Shown in pieces: positions 12,006 to 22,871 of a DNA stretch of 64,000 nt. How positions within the stretch are numbered: the stretch's first letter is position 1; the number at the start of each line of letters is the position of its first letter. Location of the stretch: the NCBI GenBank assembly GCA_963823665.1, contig CAWGMQ010000003.1, forward strand, positions 1,472,001 to 1,536,000. Direction: 5' to 3'. Source of the DNA: an uncultured Planctomycetota bacterium (GTDB lineage: Bacteria; Planctomycetota; Planctomycetia; Isosphaerales; Isosphaeraceae). The notes below the pieces were generated by a model, which made no database searches, was not told the origin of the DNA, and saw nothing but the letters and a program-made list of their open reading frames with translations. The position numbers and the translations under genes are program-made.

Positions 12006-12048
12006 TATACGCCATTGACGCTCAGGTGCGCACTCCCTGCATCCCGAT

Positions 12049-13431
12049 TCACTTCCGGGTCACGAGCCCTGAATAACTTCGCACAACGAGGTGGCCGTCG
12101 ATCTTTTGCACAAGGTCCAGACAGACGCTGATGACAATCAGCAGTCCCGTGCCGCCCAGGAACGATGCGACCGTCCAGTCGACCTGCAGCGCCGATTGCA
12201 CGAGAGACGGAATCACGGCGACAAGAGCCAGGAATGCCGCTCCAACATACGTGATCCGCAGCATCACTTTTTCGAGATAGTCGGCTGTTCGCCGACCCGG
12301 CCGGTACCCCGGGATGAAGCTGCCCAGATCCTTGAGGTTCTCGGCCATATCTTTGGGGTTGAATGTGATCGCCGTCCAGAAATAACAGAAGAAATAGATC
12401 AGGATCACGTAGCAGACCGTGTAGATATAGCTCTGGCGCTGAAAGGCGTAGGACAAGTCGCGGAAAATCCCGGCGAAGACCGATCCAACCGTCCAGCTCT
12501 CGTTCTGCAGATTACTCGTCGCCTTCTCCAGACTGGTGAAGACGAAGGATGGGAAAATCAAGAGGCTGGAAGCAAAGATGATCGGCATCACCCCCGCCTG
12601 ATTGACCTTCAGCGGCAGGAACTGCTTGGTGCCGCCGTAAACCCGCCGGCCGCGCACGTGCTTCGCCGACTGCGTCGGAATGCGCCGCTGGCTCTCTGTG
12701 ATCGCAATCACACCGACCACCACCGCTATGAATAGCCCGATTAACATCAAAATCGTCGTGATCCCATATTTGCCCGGCTCGGCGTTCAATTTCGAGGTCG
12801 AGTTGTACCAAAGGCCGTTCGGTCCGGTGATCGCAACCGGCAGACGGGCCAGAATGCCCGCCATGATCAAGAGGCTGATCCCGTTGCCAATCCCGTATTC
12901 GTCAATTTGCTCACCAATCCACATCAGGAAAATCGTCCCGGCCGTCATGATGCAAACACACACGAACCCGTTCCAAAATGTGTGATATCGCTGCAACACC
13001 ACGTTCATCTGTGGGCTCATCATATACTGCACCCAGAAGGCACTTTGAATTGCACAGAGAACCACTGTCGCGTAGCGTGTGTATTCGTTGATTCGCTTCC
13101 GCCCGCTTTCGCCCTCCTTCATCATCGCTTCCAGCGATGGAACAACGCTGGCCAGAAGCTGAAAGATGATCGAGGCCGAAATATACGGCATGATCCCCAG
13201 GCCGAAGATCGTGCTCATGCCGATCGATGTGCCGCCGAACATCGCAACCGTGCCGAAAAGCTTGCCGGCCGTGTGACCGCTCTGCTGCTCCTCCCAGTTT
13301 TTCAACTGCGCTTGATTGACGATCGGCAACGGGACGTAGAAGCCGATCCGGTAGATCGCCAGGAGCAGGCAAGTGAACAGAATCTTGCGCCTGAGCTCAG
13401 GTACCTTGAAGATGGTGATGAGCTTATCCAC
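12049..13431 (-). CDS. secY: Preprotein translocase subunit SecY
   Basis: 'LGIMPYISASII', 'GIGNGISL', 'KVNQAGVMPIIFA', 'FIPGYRPG'. Confidence 0.98.
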   Translation of the reverse strand: MDKLITIFKVPELRRKILFTCLLLAIYRIGFYVPLPIVNQAQLKNWEEQQSGHTAGKLFGTVAMFGGTSIGMSTIFGLGIMPYISASIIFQLLASVVPSLEAMMKEGESGRKRINEYTRYATVVLCAIQSAFWVQYMMSPQMNVVLQRYHTFWNGFVCVCIMTAGTIFLMWIGEQIDEYGIGNGISLLIMAGILARLPVAITGPNGLWYNSTSKLNAEPGKYGITTILMLIGLFIAVVVGVIAITESQRRIPTQSAKHVRGRRVYGGTKQFLPLKVNQAGVMPIIFASSLLIFPSFVFTSLEKATSNLQNESWTVGSVFAGIFRDLSYAFQRQSYIYTVCYVILIYFFCYFWTAITFNPKDMAENLKDLGSFIPGYRPGRRTADYLEKVMLRITYVGAAFLALVAVIPSLVQSALQVDWTVASFLGGTGLLIVISVCLDLVQKIDGHLVVRSYSGLVTRK

Positions 13432-13578
13432 GTGCGATCCCCTCCTCGACTACGACCGCGTCCTGGCATCGTGCGCAAGCCCGTTCGGTGCCCGCCTCGC
13501 CCGGGTTGCACGCCGGGCAATTCCACATCTCTCGCATAGAATAGGACGGCCTGTGCACGCCAATCGCTCCTTAGCGGC

Positions 13579-14088
13579 TCAATCGCCCTCGGGCGATGAG
13601 TTCTCTCCTGGACGACCCGAGAACTCATGCGGACGATAGGGCACGACGACTGCCTTCCCGCCGGCTGCGGCAATCTTGGACGTGGCCGACTCGCTGAACT
13701 TGGTCGCGTGCACTTCCAGCGGCTTGGAAAGTACGCCGGTCGCCAGGATCTTGATGCCGTCGTGCTCCTGGCCCTTGACCAACCCACAGGCGCGCAGGGC
13801 CTTTTCGTCCACGACCGAGCCGGCGGGGAACCGATCCTCGAGAGCCGATAGATTCACCACCACGTAGCTCTTCTTGAACGCGCCGTTGAAGAACCCGCGC
13901 TTGGGCACGCGCCGGGCCAGCGGCATCTGCCCTCCTTCGAAGATCGGGCTGATCTTGAACCCCTGGCGCGACGAGTGCCCCTTGTGGCCCTTGCCGGAGG
14001 TCTTGCCGTGCCCGGAGCCGACTCCTCGGCCGATGCGCTTTCGCTTCTTGCGCTTGTGAATACCTTTGTGTACGTCGTGAAGTTGCAT
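13579..14088 (-). CDS. rplO: 50S ribosomal protein L15
   Basis: 'GRGVGSGHGKTSGKGHKG', 'FEGGQMPL'. Confidence 0.97.
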   Translation of the reverse strand: MQLHDVHKGIHKRKKRKRIGRGVGSGHGKTSGKGHKGHSSRQGFKISPIFEGGQMPLARRVPKRGFFNGAFKKSYVVVNLSALEDRFPAGSVVDEKALRACGLVKGQEHDGIKILATGVLSKPLEVHATKFSESATSKIAAAGGKAVVVPYRPHEFSGRPGENSSPEGD

Positions 14089-14597
14089 CAGAGGGGCACT
14101 CCTCGCAAGCGAGCGATTTCATCTTTGGTTCGAAGCTGGAGCAACGCGTCCAGTGCCGCCTTGACCAGGTTGAGCTTGTTATTCGAGCCGAAGCTCTTCG
14201 TCAAGATGTCCTTGACCCCGGCAGACTCGACCACGGCTCGAACCGCTCCACCGGCGATCACACCCGTGCCAGGGCTCGCCGGCATCAGCAATACCTTCGC
14301 GGCACCATATTTCCCGACCACAGCGTGAGGAATCGTCGAGCCCCTGAGATTCACCCGGTGCATCTGCTTGTGCGCATCCTTGACGCCTTTTTCGACCGCA
14401 GGCGGCACCTCGTTGGCCTTGCCATAGCCCCAGCCGACCTGGCCGCGGCCGTTGCCGACAACGACCAGAGCGTTGAAACTGAACCGCCGGCCTCCCTTCA
14501 CGACCGCCGCGCAGCGCCGGATCGACACCACGCTCTCGTTCCACTCACCGCGGTCGCGATCACGATCGCGGTCACGCTCACGTCCCTCGCTCGCCAC
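14088..14597 (-). CDS. rpsE: 30S ribosomal protein S5
   Basis: '[17 protein letters not shown]', 'PGTGVIAGG'. Confidence 0.98.
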   Translation of the reverse strand: MASEGRERDRDRDRDRGEWNESVVSIRRCAAVVKGGRRFSFNALVVVGNGRGQVGWGYGKANEVPPAVEKGVKDAHKQMHRVNLRGSTIPHAVVGKYGAAKVLLMPASPGTGVIAGGAVRAVVESAGVKDILTKSFGSNNKLNLVKAALDALLQLRTKDEIARLRGVPL

Positions 14598-14639
14598 GGA
14601 CGAACTCCCCCAGACAATCGTCTTTTGAAGTAATGGTCG

Positions 14640-15017
14640 TTAGAACAACAGCCCAGCCTCGCGGGCAGCCTGGGCCAGCGCCGCGACTCGCCCATGATAC
14701 TTGTAGCTTCGGCGGTCGAAGCAAACCTTGTCAATACCGGCCTTTTTGGCCCGCTCGGCAACCGCGCGGCCCACGGCCGTCGCCGCAGCCTTGTTGCCGC
14801 CATACTTGATCTGGCCGCGCAATTCCGAGTCCATACTGCTCGCCGAGACAATAACCGCACCCGATTCGTCATTCACCATCTGCGCGTAAATGTGCTTCGA
14901 GCTGCGAAATACCGCAAGGCGTGGCCGCTGGGCCGTTCCGGAAAGCCGGTTCCGAACGCGCAGTTGCCGCCTCTTCCGGCGAGTCTGAACAAGACGTTGC
15001 TGATTCGCAATATTCAC
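14640..15017 (-). CDS. rplR: 50S ribosomal protein L18
   Basis: '[16 protein letters not shown]', '[16 protein letters not shown]'; GTG start inferred. Confidence 0.96.
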   Translation of the reverse strand: MNIANQQRLVQTRRKRRQLRVRNRLSGTAQRPRLAVFRSSKHIYAQMVNDESGAVIVSASSMDSELRGQIKYGGNKAAATAVGRAVAERAKKAGIDKVCFDRRSYKYHGRVAALAQAAREAGLLF

Positions 15018-15062
15018 GACACGGTCCTCGTCTCTTCGGTCTTCATGCTTCACACCGGAAGG

Positions 15063-15614
15063 TTACTTCGAGCCGAACGCCTTGCCGGCCTTGCGGCGGA
15101 CAAACTCCCCTTCGTACCGGATGCCTTTGCCCTTGTATGGCTCGGGCGGGCGCACCTTGCGGACCACGGCCGCGAACTGACCGACCGCCTGCTTGTCGGC
15201 GCCGCTGATCGTCACGTGCGTCGGATCGACCACTTGCACGTTGACTCCCGCGGGCGCCTCGAGCACAACCTGGTTCGCATACCCGACCTGCAGGGCGATC
15301 GTATTTGCCTTTTTGAGTTGCGCCTGGTATCCCACACCCACAATCTCGAGCTTCTTCGTATAACCCGTCGTGACTCCCTGCACCATGTTGGCAACCAGGC
15401 TGCGAGTGAGCCCGTGCAGCGACCGATTGATTCGCTCATCATCGTGGCGCGTGCACACGATCTGGCCTGCGGCCTTGTCGAAGGCAACGTCGATCTCGCC
15501 CCGATGAGTGAAGCTGAGCTTGCCCTTGGGACCCTCGACCTCGATCGTCCGCTCGGCGATCGAAACCTTCACAGAAGGCGGCACGGGTACCGGCTTGCGT
15601 CCAATCCGCGACAT
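15063..15614 (-). CDS. rplF: 50S ribosomal protein L6
   Basis: 'MSRIGRKPV', 'RPPEPYKGKGIRY'. Confidence 0.98.
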   Translation of the reverse strand: MSRIGRKPVPVPPSVKVSIAERTIEVEGPKGKLSFTHRGEIDVAFDKAAGQIVCTRHDDERINRSLHGLTRSLVANMVQGVTTGYTKKLEIVGVGYQAQLKKANTIALQVGYANQVVLEAPAGVNVQVVDPTHVTISGADKQAVGQFAAVVRKVRPPEPYKGKGIRYEGEFVRRKAGKAFGSK

Positions 15615-15688
15615 CGTTCTGTCTTCCTTCTATCCGCTTGAGTGTGAATCTCTTTTCCAGGGCTGACCGCCGCCGCCTCCAGTCGCGG

Positions 15689-16084
15689 TCAATGAATCAT
15701 CGCGAGCACCTCGCCGCCCACCTTTTCGGTTCGGGCGCGGCGGTCGGAGAGCACACCTCGTGGCGTGGAGAGTATCTGGATCCCCATTCCCCCCAGGATC
15801 GGCTTGAGCTCTTTATAGCCCATGTAAACTCGCCGCCCGGGCTTGCTCACCCGGTCGATCCGGTTGATCAAACGCTCGCCGTTGGGCCCGTATTTCATCT
15901 GCAGACGCAGCGTCCGGCAGGGAATCGTCTCGATTTCCTCGAAGTCCCAGATATAGCCCTCGTCCTTCAGGACCTGCGCGATGCCGCGCCGCATGTTCGA
16001 AGCGGGCATCTCCAGCACGGTCCGCTCGATCCGGACTGCGTTTCGAATACGGGTGAGCATATCGGCGATCGGGTCGGTCATCAT
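15689..16084 (-). CDS. rpsH: 30S ribosomal protein S8
   Basis: 'TDPIADMLTRIRNA', 'SKPGRRVY'. Confidence 0.98.
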   Translation of the reverse strand: MMTDPIADMLTRIRNAVRIERTVLEMPASNMRRGIAQVLKDEGYIWDFEEIETIPCRTLRLQMKYGPNGERLINRIDRVSKPGRRVYMGYKELKPILGGMGIQILSTPRGVLSDRRARTEKVGGEVLAMIH

Positions 16085-16227
16085 GGCAAAGGAGCCTTCT
16101 TGAACCGTTGCGGGTTACGCGGCTGGCCGCGACTGGAACCGTGAACCAAGCACTTCCGTGAACGTGCGGCAGGCCATCCACCCGCCGCCTGAGAACAACA
16201 TCCGCCGCTTCCACCAGGCAAGCCGGC

Positions 16228-16413
16228 TCACCAGCTCGCCTTCTTGACACCCGGAATCAGGCCGCGGAGCGCCAGGTTCCGGAAGCAGATCCGGCAGACG
16301 CCGAATTTGCGGTAAAAGCCACGGGGTCGCCCGCACAAGCGGCACCGGTTTCGATGCTGCACCGCAAACTTGCGCGGGGTTTCCGATTTGATTTTCTGGG
16401 CCTTGGTCGACAT
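16228..16413 (-). CDS. rpsN: 30S ribosomal protein S14, short zinc-binding (type Z) form
   Basis: 61 aa, '[10 protein letters not shown]...CRICFR...IPGVKKASW'. Confidence 0.97.
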   Translation of the reverse strand: MSTKAQKIKSETPRKFAVQHRNRCRLCGRPRGFYRKFGVCRICFRNLALRGLIPGVKKASW

Positions 16414-16550
16414 AATCTGCTCTTCCTCAACCCTCAAAAAGAGCTTGGTCTTCGATCACTGGACTCTCTACTGCTCTCCGTACCGCACCGTCTCGATCCA
16501 TCACGCCCGTTGAAACTGCCGGGCTCGCTCGAACAGAACACGCCGTCTGG

Positions 16551-17109
16551 TCACTTCCCCTTGGCCTGCGGCTGCCGGAACGGCAAGCCGAACTGGCTTT
16601 AACAGCTCGCGCGCCTGCTCGTCGTTCTGCGCGGTTGTCACGATCGTGATGTCCATTCCGTGGGTGTGCTGGATCTTGTCGGCGTCGATCTCCGGGAAGA
16701 CGACCTGCTCGGCAAGACCCAGGCTGAAATTGCCGTGCCCGTCGAAGCTGTTCGGGTTCACCCCGCGGAAGTCCCGGATTCGCGGCAGAGCAATCGAGAT
16801 CAAGCGGTCGAGGAACTCGTACATCCGCCGGCCACGCAAGGTCACCTTGCAGCCGATGTCGTTTCCCTCGCGAAGCCGGAATCCCGACACCGACACCTTG
16901 GCCTTGGTAATCACCGGCCTCTGGCCGCTGATCTTGGACAGGCTATCCACGGCCGACTCGAGCTGGGCCTTGTCCTGAGTCGCCTTGCCCACACCCATGT
17001 TGATGATGATCTTGGTCAGCTTCGGAATCGCCATCGGGTTCTGGTGATTGAACTTGGCGGCAACCGCCTTCGCGATGTCGTTCCGGTACAAGTCAAGCAA
17101 GCGAGCCAT
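16551..17109 (-). CDS. rplE: 50S ribosomal protein L5; 1-nt frameshift near 16600
   Basis: 'IALPRIRDFRG'; removing one A gives the canonical end 'ELLSQFGLPFRQPQAKGK*'. Confidence 0.96.
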
Positions 17110-17146
17110 TGCCGGGATCCTTCAATTCGATTCACTTCGGATGTCT

Positions 17147-17549
17147 TCAAGCCTTTTTGGGGGCGGCAGTCTTCGACGCAGCAGTCCGGTTCTTGGCGTG
17201 AGCCGCCTTGCGCGGGCCGATGTTGCCCAGGCTCGTCCCGCAGGTCTTGCAGTAGCGCTGTTTCTGCCCGTCGTCGGTGAACCGGCGGCCGTAACGAACG
17301 CCGCGGTTGCATTTTGTGCAGTAAAGCTTCACGTTGGAGACGTCGATCGGCATCTCCTTGGAGAGCCGCCCTCCCTGAGGATTCTTCTGGCTCGGCCTCA
17401 GGTGTTTGTAAACGCGGTTTACCCCTTCCACGACAATCTTGTTTCGATCGGGAATGACCCGCAGCACCTTGGCGATCCGGCCGCTCGGACGCCGTTCCCT
17501 TGTCGTCGCCGGTGATCACTTCCACCTGGTCGTCTTTTCGTATGTTCAT
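17147..17549 (-). CDS. rplX: 50S ribosomal protein L24; frameshift near 17485
   Basis: 'MNIRKDDQVEVITGDDKG' then 'VVEGVNRVYKHLRPSQKNPQGG' in another frame. Confidence 0.95.
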
Positions 17550-17596
17550 GATCCGCTCGTCAATACGCTCTCTTGTTCAGGTGAGCCCCGGCCGCT

Positions 17597-17977
17597 TCAG
17601 ACGACTTCCGCCGCCAGACTGATGATCTTCATGAACTGGCGTTCGCGCAGCTCGCGGGCAATCGCGCCGAAGATGCGCGTCCCGCGCGGGTTCTTCTCTG
17701 CGTCGATCAAGACGACCGCGTTGCGATCGAACTTGACGTACGACCCGTCGGTTCGCCGGGTCTGGTTCCGGGTGCGGACGATCACGCACCGCACCACGTC
17801 TCCGGCCTTGACCTCGCCGCCGGAGCTGGCCTTCTTCACACTGGCGATGATCGTGTCACCCAATCCGGCGGCGCGCCGCTTGTATTTCGATGCGCTGCCG
17901 TACAGGACCTTGATGCACATCACTTCCTTGGCGCCGGTATTGTCGGCTACGTCGAGCCGCGTCTGCATCTGGATCAT
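17597..17977 (-). CDS. rplN: 50S ribosomal protein L14
   Basis: '[17 protein letters not shown]', 'GTRIFG'. Confidence 0.98.
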   Translation of the reverse strand: MIQMQTRLDVADNTGAKEVMCIKVLYGSASKYKRRAAGLGDTIIASVKKASSGGEVKAGDVVRCVIVRTRNQTRRTDGSYVKFDRNAVVLIDAEKNPRGTRIFGAIARELRERQFMKIISLAAEVV

Positions 17978-17991
17978 GAGAATAACCTCTT

Positions 17992-18318
17992 TCAGGTTCG
18001 CGCGGCTTCGTCCTCGCCGGCCAGAGCTTGCTGGGCGCCGGCGCGAACGATTCGCACGATCCGCCACCGCTTGAGCTTCGACAACGGGCGTGTTTCCATG
18101 ATCTCGACCACGTCTCCCTTGTGCGACGTGTTGGCCTCGTCATGCGCATGGCAGACGGTTCGGCGGCGCATCAGCTTGCCGTACTTCGGGTGCGGTACCA
18201 GCCGCTCGACGATGACCCGCCTGGTCTTGGTCATCTTGTCGGACGTCACGATACCGACTTCCCGCTTGCGCGGGCTGCGCGCCGCAATCTTGCCGGTGGC
18301 TTTGGTCGCTTCTGTCAT
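17992..18318 (-). CDS. rpsQ: 30S ribosomal protein S17
   Basis: 'SDKMTKT', 'HPKYGK', '[11 protein letters not shown]'. Confidence 0.97.
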   Translation of the reverse strand: MTEATKATGKIAARSPRKREVGIVTSDKMTKTRRVIVERLVPHPKYGKLMRRRTVCHAHDEANTSHKGDVVEIMETRPLSKLKRWRIVRIVRAGAQQALAGEDEAART

Positions 18319-18425
18319 CGGTTCATCTCACGCATCGGATTCCTCGTTGTTCTTGCTGACTCAAACCCTCGAGCAAAGCCCGCGGCCAGGGGGGAACAGT
18401 CGGCCGCATTCATTTTTCACACGAT

Positions 18426-18662
18426 TCACGCCTTCTTCGCACCGGTGGGCACGGCCGCCACCTTTTCCTGCTCGATCTGGCGCAGCCGCAGGATCGTCTT
18501 GATGCGGGCGATCTCTCGCTTCGCCTTGACAATCTCGCTCGGCGCTTCGAGCCGCTCGGTTTCGCTTTGCAGGCGCAGCCGAAACAGGTTGCTCTGCACG
18601 TCCTTGAGCGTCAGGTCGAGCTGTTCGCTCGTCTGCTCTCGAAGCTCGGCCGGTTTGGACAT
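18426..18662 (-). CDS. rpmC: 50S ribosomal protein L29
   Basis: 'LFRLRLQ...KREIARIKT'; position between rplP and rpsQ. Confidence 0.96.
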   Translation of the reverse strand: MSKPAELREQTSEQLDLTLKDVQSNLFRLRLQSETERLEAPSEIVKAKREIARIKTILRLRQIEQEKVAAVPTGAKKA

Positions 18663-18674
18663 CGTTGGCGCTCC

Positions 18675-19091
18675 TCAGATCGGCCGCCGGTGCACGAACC
18701 GGCAGTTCACGGGCATTTTCTGCGCGACGCGAGCGAACATCGTGCGTGCCGCCTCCTCGCCCAGACCACTGACTTCATAAAGAATCGTCCCGGGCTTCAC
18801 GACGGCCGCCCAGTATTCGATTTCACCTTTCCCTTTACCCATCCGCGTCTCGGCAGGAATTGCGGTCACGCTCTTCTGCGGGAAAACCCGGATGTAGAGC
18901 TTGCCTCCCCCTTTGATTGCCTGGCTGGCCACGATACGCCCCGCCTCGATCGTCTGCGCACTGATCCGGCCGGGCTCCAGGCTCTGAATCCCGTACTCAC
19001 CGAACGACACATAGTTGCCGCGGGTCGCATTACCTTTTACGCGGCCTTTTTGGCTTTTTCGATACTTGACCCGCTTGGGCATCAGGGGCAT
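18675..19091 (-). CDS. rplP: 50S ribosomal protein L16
   Basis: 'MPKRVKYRKSQKG', 'ETRMGKGKG'. Confidence 0.98.
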   Translation of the reverse strand: MPLMPKRVKYRKSQKGRVKGNATRGNYVSFGEYGIQSLEPGRISAQTIEAGRIVASQAIKGGGKLYIRVFPQKSVTAIPAETRMGKGKGEIEYWAAVVKPGTILYEVSGLGEEAARTMFARVAQKMPVNCRFVHRRPI

Positions 19092-19731
19092 CGCCGGCCT
19101 CCATCTTCAAATAATCGCCTTGGTTGACCCATACTTTGATTCCGATATGACCTTGCGCGGTCTTGGCCTCCGTGAATCCGTAGTCGATTCGCGCCCGCAA
19201 GGTCGAGAGCGGCACCGAGCCGGCCGCAGTGGCCTCCGTCCGCGACATCTCGGTTCCCCCCAGCCGTCCCGAGAGCTGGATCTTCACCCCCTTGGCGCCG
19301 CCGTCCATCGTCTGCTCGATGGCCCGCTTCATCGTGCGCCGGAAGCTCGACCGCTTCTGGAGCTGCTCGGCAATGTCCTCGCTGATCAACTGCGCGTCGA
19401 TCTCCGGACGTGCAACCTCCACGATCTTGATCTCGATCCGCCGCCCCGTCAGCTCCTGAAGGTCCTTCTGAAGGATCTCGACCTCCGCCCCCTTGCGGCC
19501 GATGATCACGCCCGGCCGCGCCGTCGAGAGGAGCACCGTCACCGCGTCACGCGTGCGCTCGATCTCGATCTTCGGGATGCCCGAAAACCCATACTTCTTC
19601 TTGATGAACGCCCGGATCTTGAAGTCTTCGACCAGCAAGTCGGCGAACTCGTGCTTGGATGCGTACCAGCGGCTGCGCCAGTCCTCCATGATTCCCACGC
19701 GGTAGCCGGTCGGTCGAACTTTTTGGCCCAT
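19030..19731 (-). CDS. rpsC: 30S ribosomal protein S3
   Basis: 'MGQKVRPTGYRVG', 'ARPGVIIGRKG', 'PLSTLRARIDY'. Confidence 0.98.
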   Translation of the reverse strand: MGQKVRPTGYRVGIMEDWRSRWYASKHEFADLLVEDFKIRAFIKKKYGFSGIPKIEIERTRDAVTVLLSTARPGVIIGRKGAEVEILQKDLQELTGRRIEIKIVEVARPEIDAQLISEDIAEQLQKRSSFRRTMKRAIEQTMDGGAKGVKIQLSGRLGGTEMSRTEATAAGSVPLSTLRARIDYGFTEAKTAQGHIGIKVWVNQGDYLKMEAGDAPDAQAGQVSKKPKRPRKR

Positions 19732-19847
19732 GATTTCCTCTTGATCGATTCCCGCTGTCGTTCCGATTCGAGCCGCCCTGCGTGAGCGATTTCACCCGCC
19801 CATCTTGCCGTGGAACCCGTTAACCACCCGCTAAAGCACCCGTGTGC

Positions 19848-20249
19848 CTAGCTCGCCGATTCGCCGGCCTCCGCTGGCACTCGCCCTCCCTCGGGAACCC
19901 ATACCAGCCCATCGGCAAGCCCAACCTGGATGTGCGCCGTCCGCCGCCGGATCAGGTACGCCATGCCTCGAGCGCGGGGCATGAGTCGCTTGAACATCGG
20001 GCCTCCTTCGCCGCGGGCGTCGACGACGATCAGCGCGCCCACGTTGCGGATGCCCTTGTCCTCGGCGTTCGCCATGGCGCTTTTGAGCACCTGCTCGACC
20101 ATCCGCGCCCCGCGATGCGGCATGTACTTGAGCAAGTCGAGCGCGTCGTCGGCGTAATGGCCCCGAATCAGGTCCAATAGCGGCCGGAGCTTCCGCACCG
20201 AGATCCGGGCGAATCGGTGCGTCGCGTGATGCTGGATTGCGTAACCCAT
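19848..20249 (-). CDS. rplV: 50S ribosomal protein L22
   Basis: 'RISVRKLR', 'LKSAMANAE', 'KRLMPRARG'. Confidence 0.97.
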   Translation of the reverse strand: MGYAIQHHATHRFARISVRKLRPLLDLIRGHYADDALDLLKYMPHRGARMVEQVLKSAMANAEDKGIRNVGALIVVDARGEGGPMFKRLMPRARGMAYLIRRRTAHIQVGLADGLVWVPEGGRVPAEAGESAS

Positions 20250-20339
20250 GTCCGTTGTCTCTTGGCGTGCTCGAGAATCAGTTAGAAAGTTGCCCGCCTC
20301 ACGTCCGCCTGGACTGATGGCTCTTTTTACTACGATCAC

Positions 20340-20648
20340 TCACTTCTTGCCCGGTGGTGGTCCGCTGCCGCCGGCGGGTGCCTTCGATGCCTTGCCGCCG
20401 TGGCCGCGGAAGGTCCGCGTCGGCGCAAACTCGCCCAGCCGGTGCTCGACCATATCTTCAGTGACGTACAGCTTCACAAACTTTCGCCCGTCGTGGATCG
20501 CAAAGTGCTTTCCCACGAATTCCGGCACGATCATGCAGGCGCGCGCCCATGTCTTGATCGGCTCGCGACTGCCGGAAGCGTCGGCCTTCATCACCTTCTC
20601 GAGCAGCCGCTCGACAACGTACGGGCCTTTCTTCTGCGATCTTCCCAT
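20340..20648 (-). CDS. rpsS: 30S ribosomal protein S19
   Basis: '[10 protein letters not shown]', '[12 protein letters not shown]'. Confidence 0.98.
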   Translation of the reverse strand: MGRSQKKGPYVVERLLEKVMKADASGSREPIKTWARACMIVPEFVGKHFAIHDGRKFVKLYVTEDMVEHRLGEFAPTRTFRGHGGKASKAPAGGSGPPPGKK

Positions 20649-20734
20649 GCCGGTCTGGCTCCTCTTCTGTCGTGATCCCTATTCACCCGCTGAGCGAAAA
20701 GCAAATGGTCCAACCCGAGACTAACCCAGGCCAT

Positions 20735-21596
20735 TCAGACCTTGAGCTGCCCGTAACGCACGCTGCGGCGGCGGCGAATGATCGCCTTGTTCGACGGCTT
20801 GCGCCGGCGCCGGGTCTTGCCCCCCTTGGCCAGCACACCGGTGGGCGAGCACGGATGGCGGCCGCCCGAAGTCCGCCCTTCACCGCCACCCATCGGGTGA
20901 TCGACCGGGTTCATCGCAACGCCGCGGACGTGCGGCCGGCGGCCCTTCCAGCGCGATCGGCCGGCCTTGCCCAGGCGAACATTCATGTGGTCGGGGTTGC
21001 CGACCATGCCCATCGTGGCCCGGCAGGCAGCCGGGATTCGCCGGACCTCGCCCGACGGCAACGTGATCTGCGCCCAGTTGCCGTCGCGGGCCGTCAAGAT
21101 CGCGCCCACGCCCGCCGAGCGGCACAGCTTGCCGCCGCCGCCGGGCTGCATTTCGATATTGTGGATCGTGCAGGCCGGTCGGGATCTTGGAAAGCGGCAT
21201 GCAGTTGCCCACCTTGGGCTCGGCTTCCGGGCCGCTCGCGACGCTCATGCCGGCCGCCAGCCCGTCGGGGGCGAGAATGTACCGCTTTTGCCCATCCACG
21301 TACTGGATCAGCGCGATCCGGGCCGATCGATTCGGGTCGTATTCGATGTGGGTCACCGCGGCCGCCTGTCCGTCGCGATCGTTGCGCACCCAGTCGATGA
21401 TTCGATATTTACGCTTATGACCGCCGCCGCGATGTCGCGCGGTGATGAAACCCTGGTTGTTCCGGCCCCCCGTCTTCTGCAGCGGCTCGGTCAGGCTCTT
21501 CTCGGGCTTCTTGTTCTTGTCCGTCAGCTCGGCAAAGTCACTGACCGAGGAATTCCTGCGGCCCGCGCTCGTCGGTTTGTAGACTCGAATACCCAT
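20735..21596 (-). CDS. rplB: 50S ribosomal protein L2; frameshift near 21165
   Basis: '[12 protein letters not shown]' in one frame, '[18 protein letters not shown]' in the next. Confidence 0.97.
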
Positions 21597-21697
21597 CGTG
21601 ATCTTCCCTTGCCGTTCCGTTCGTGTGGCGTTCTGAAGGCGTTCGAGAACTCGCGAGCCAGCCGACTGCCTCGCGATCTCCTCGCTCCGATCTGATC

Positions 21698-22026
21698 TCA
21701 ATAAAAGTCGATCCGGTATTCCTCGAACAGCGTGACGATGGCCTTCTTCCAGTGTCCGCATCCGGCCGACCTTGACCCGATAGCGACGGCGGCTTGCCCC
21801 GGCGGTTCTGGGTGCGCACGCCCATCACCTTGACGTCGAAGAGCGTCTCGATCGCCGTCTTGATTTCCGTCTTCGTCGCCAGCGGATTGACCTCGAACGT
21901 GTAGGCGTTGTCCCGCTCGGAGACGTGGGTCGCCTTCTCGGTGATCAGCGGTCGGACGATCACCTGGTATGGCTCCAGGACCGGCCCGGACCGTGTAGAT
22001 TGCGGCGGTCGACGCAGGGTAACCAT
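21698..22026 (-). CDS. rplW: 50S ribosomal protein L23; frameshift(s) near 21760-21800
   Basis: 'RPLITEKAT', '[18 protein letters not shown]' and 'WKKAIVTL' in another frame. Confidence 0.94.
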
Positions 22027-22032
22027 GGTGGA

Positions 22033-22791
22033 TCAGCTCTCCGTATGAGGCGCCGCCGTTGCCGAAGAAACGCCCGGGCGCCGGCTTGCCTGCTGCTTCG
22101 CGCAGTTCCTTGAGCGTCTCGAGCGCCTCGCGAGTGAGCACAAGGTAGCGTTGCTTCAGGATGTCGTACGTGTTGAATTCGGTCACGGGGGCGACCATCA
22201 CGCCGTCGATGTTTCGCGCACTGGCATGAATCACCAGGTCGTGGGCAGGCAGCCCGAACAGGATGGTGCGCCGATCGAGCGTCCGCCGCCTCGCCGCGGC
22301 CTTGGTTTCGCCGACCGACTCGACCTCGTCCTCCCCCAGGTCAGGCCGACTTGATGGCTCGAAGCATGCTGGCGACTTCCTTGGTCTGGGGCTTCGTCAG
22401 CTTCAGGCCGTCGAGCACGATGGCCTGACGGTCCTGAAACTTGGAAAGCAGTGCCATGCGAATGGCGGTGCGAACGGCCTTCTTGGGCATCGAGTAGCGA
22501 TAGTCCCGGTTCCGCCGCGCGAAGGCGACGCCGCCGCCCTTCGCGTTTGTTGGTGCGCTTCGGGCCCACGCGGGCGTTGCCCGTTCCCTTCTGGCGGAAG
22601 AGCTTCTTGCCCGACCCGGCCACATCAGCTCGGCCGCGCGTGTTGACCGTGCCGACACGGCGCGCCGCCAGATGCATGAGGACCACTTCGTGCAAGAGCT
22701 GCTTGTTGATCGTGCCGCCGAAATCGGCCGGGTCGATCGTTTCCTCGCCGATCGGCTCACCGGTTGCGCTGTAAACGGGTACTGTCAACAT
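22033..22791 (-). CDS. rplD: 50S ribosomal protein L4; several frameshifts
   Basis: 'KLFRQKGTGNARVG', 'GGGVAFA...YSMPKK', 'SARNIDGV...YDIL' spread over three frames. Confidence 0.94.
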
Positions 22792-22871
22792 CGTTCGATC
22801 CATTTGCGGTTCGTTCATGGGAGCACGGCAGTGACACTGGCCACGCGTGCTCGATTCGATTCAGTCCGTGA

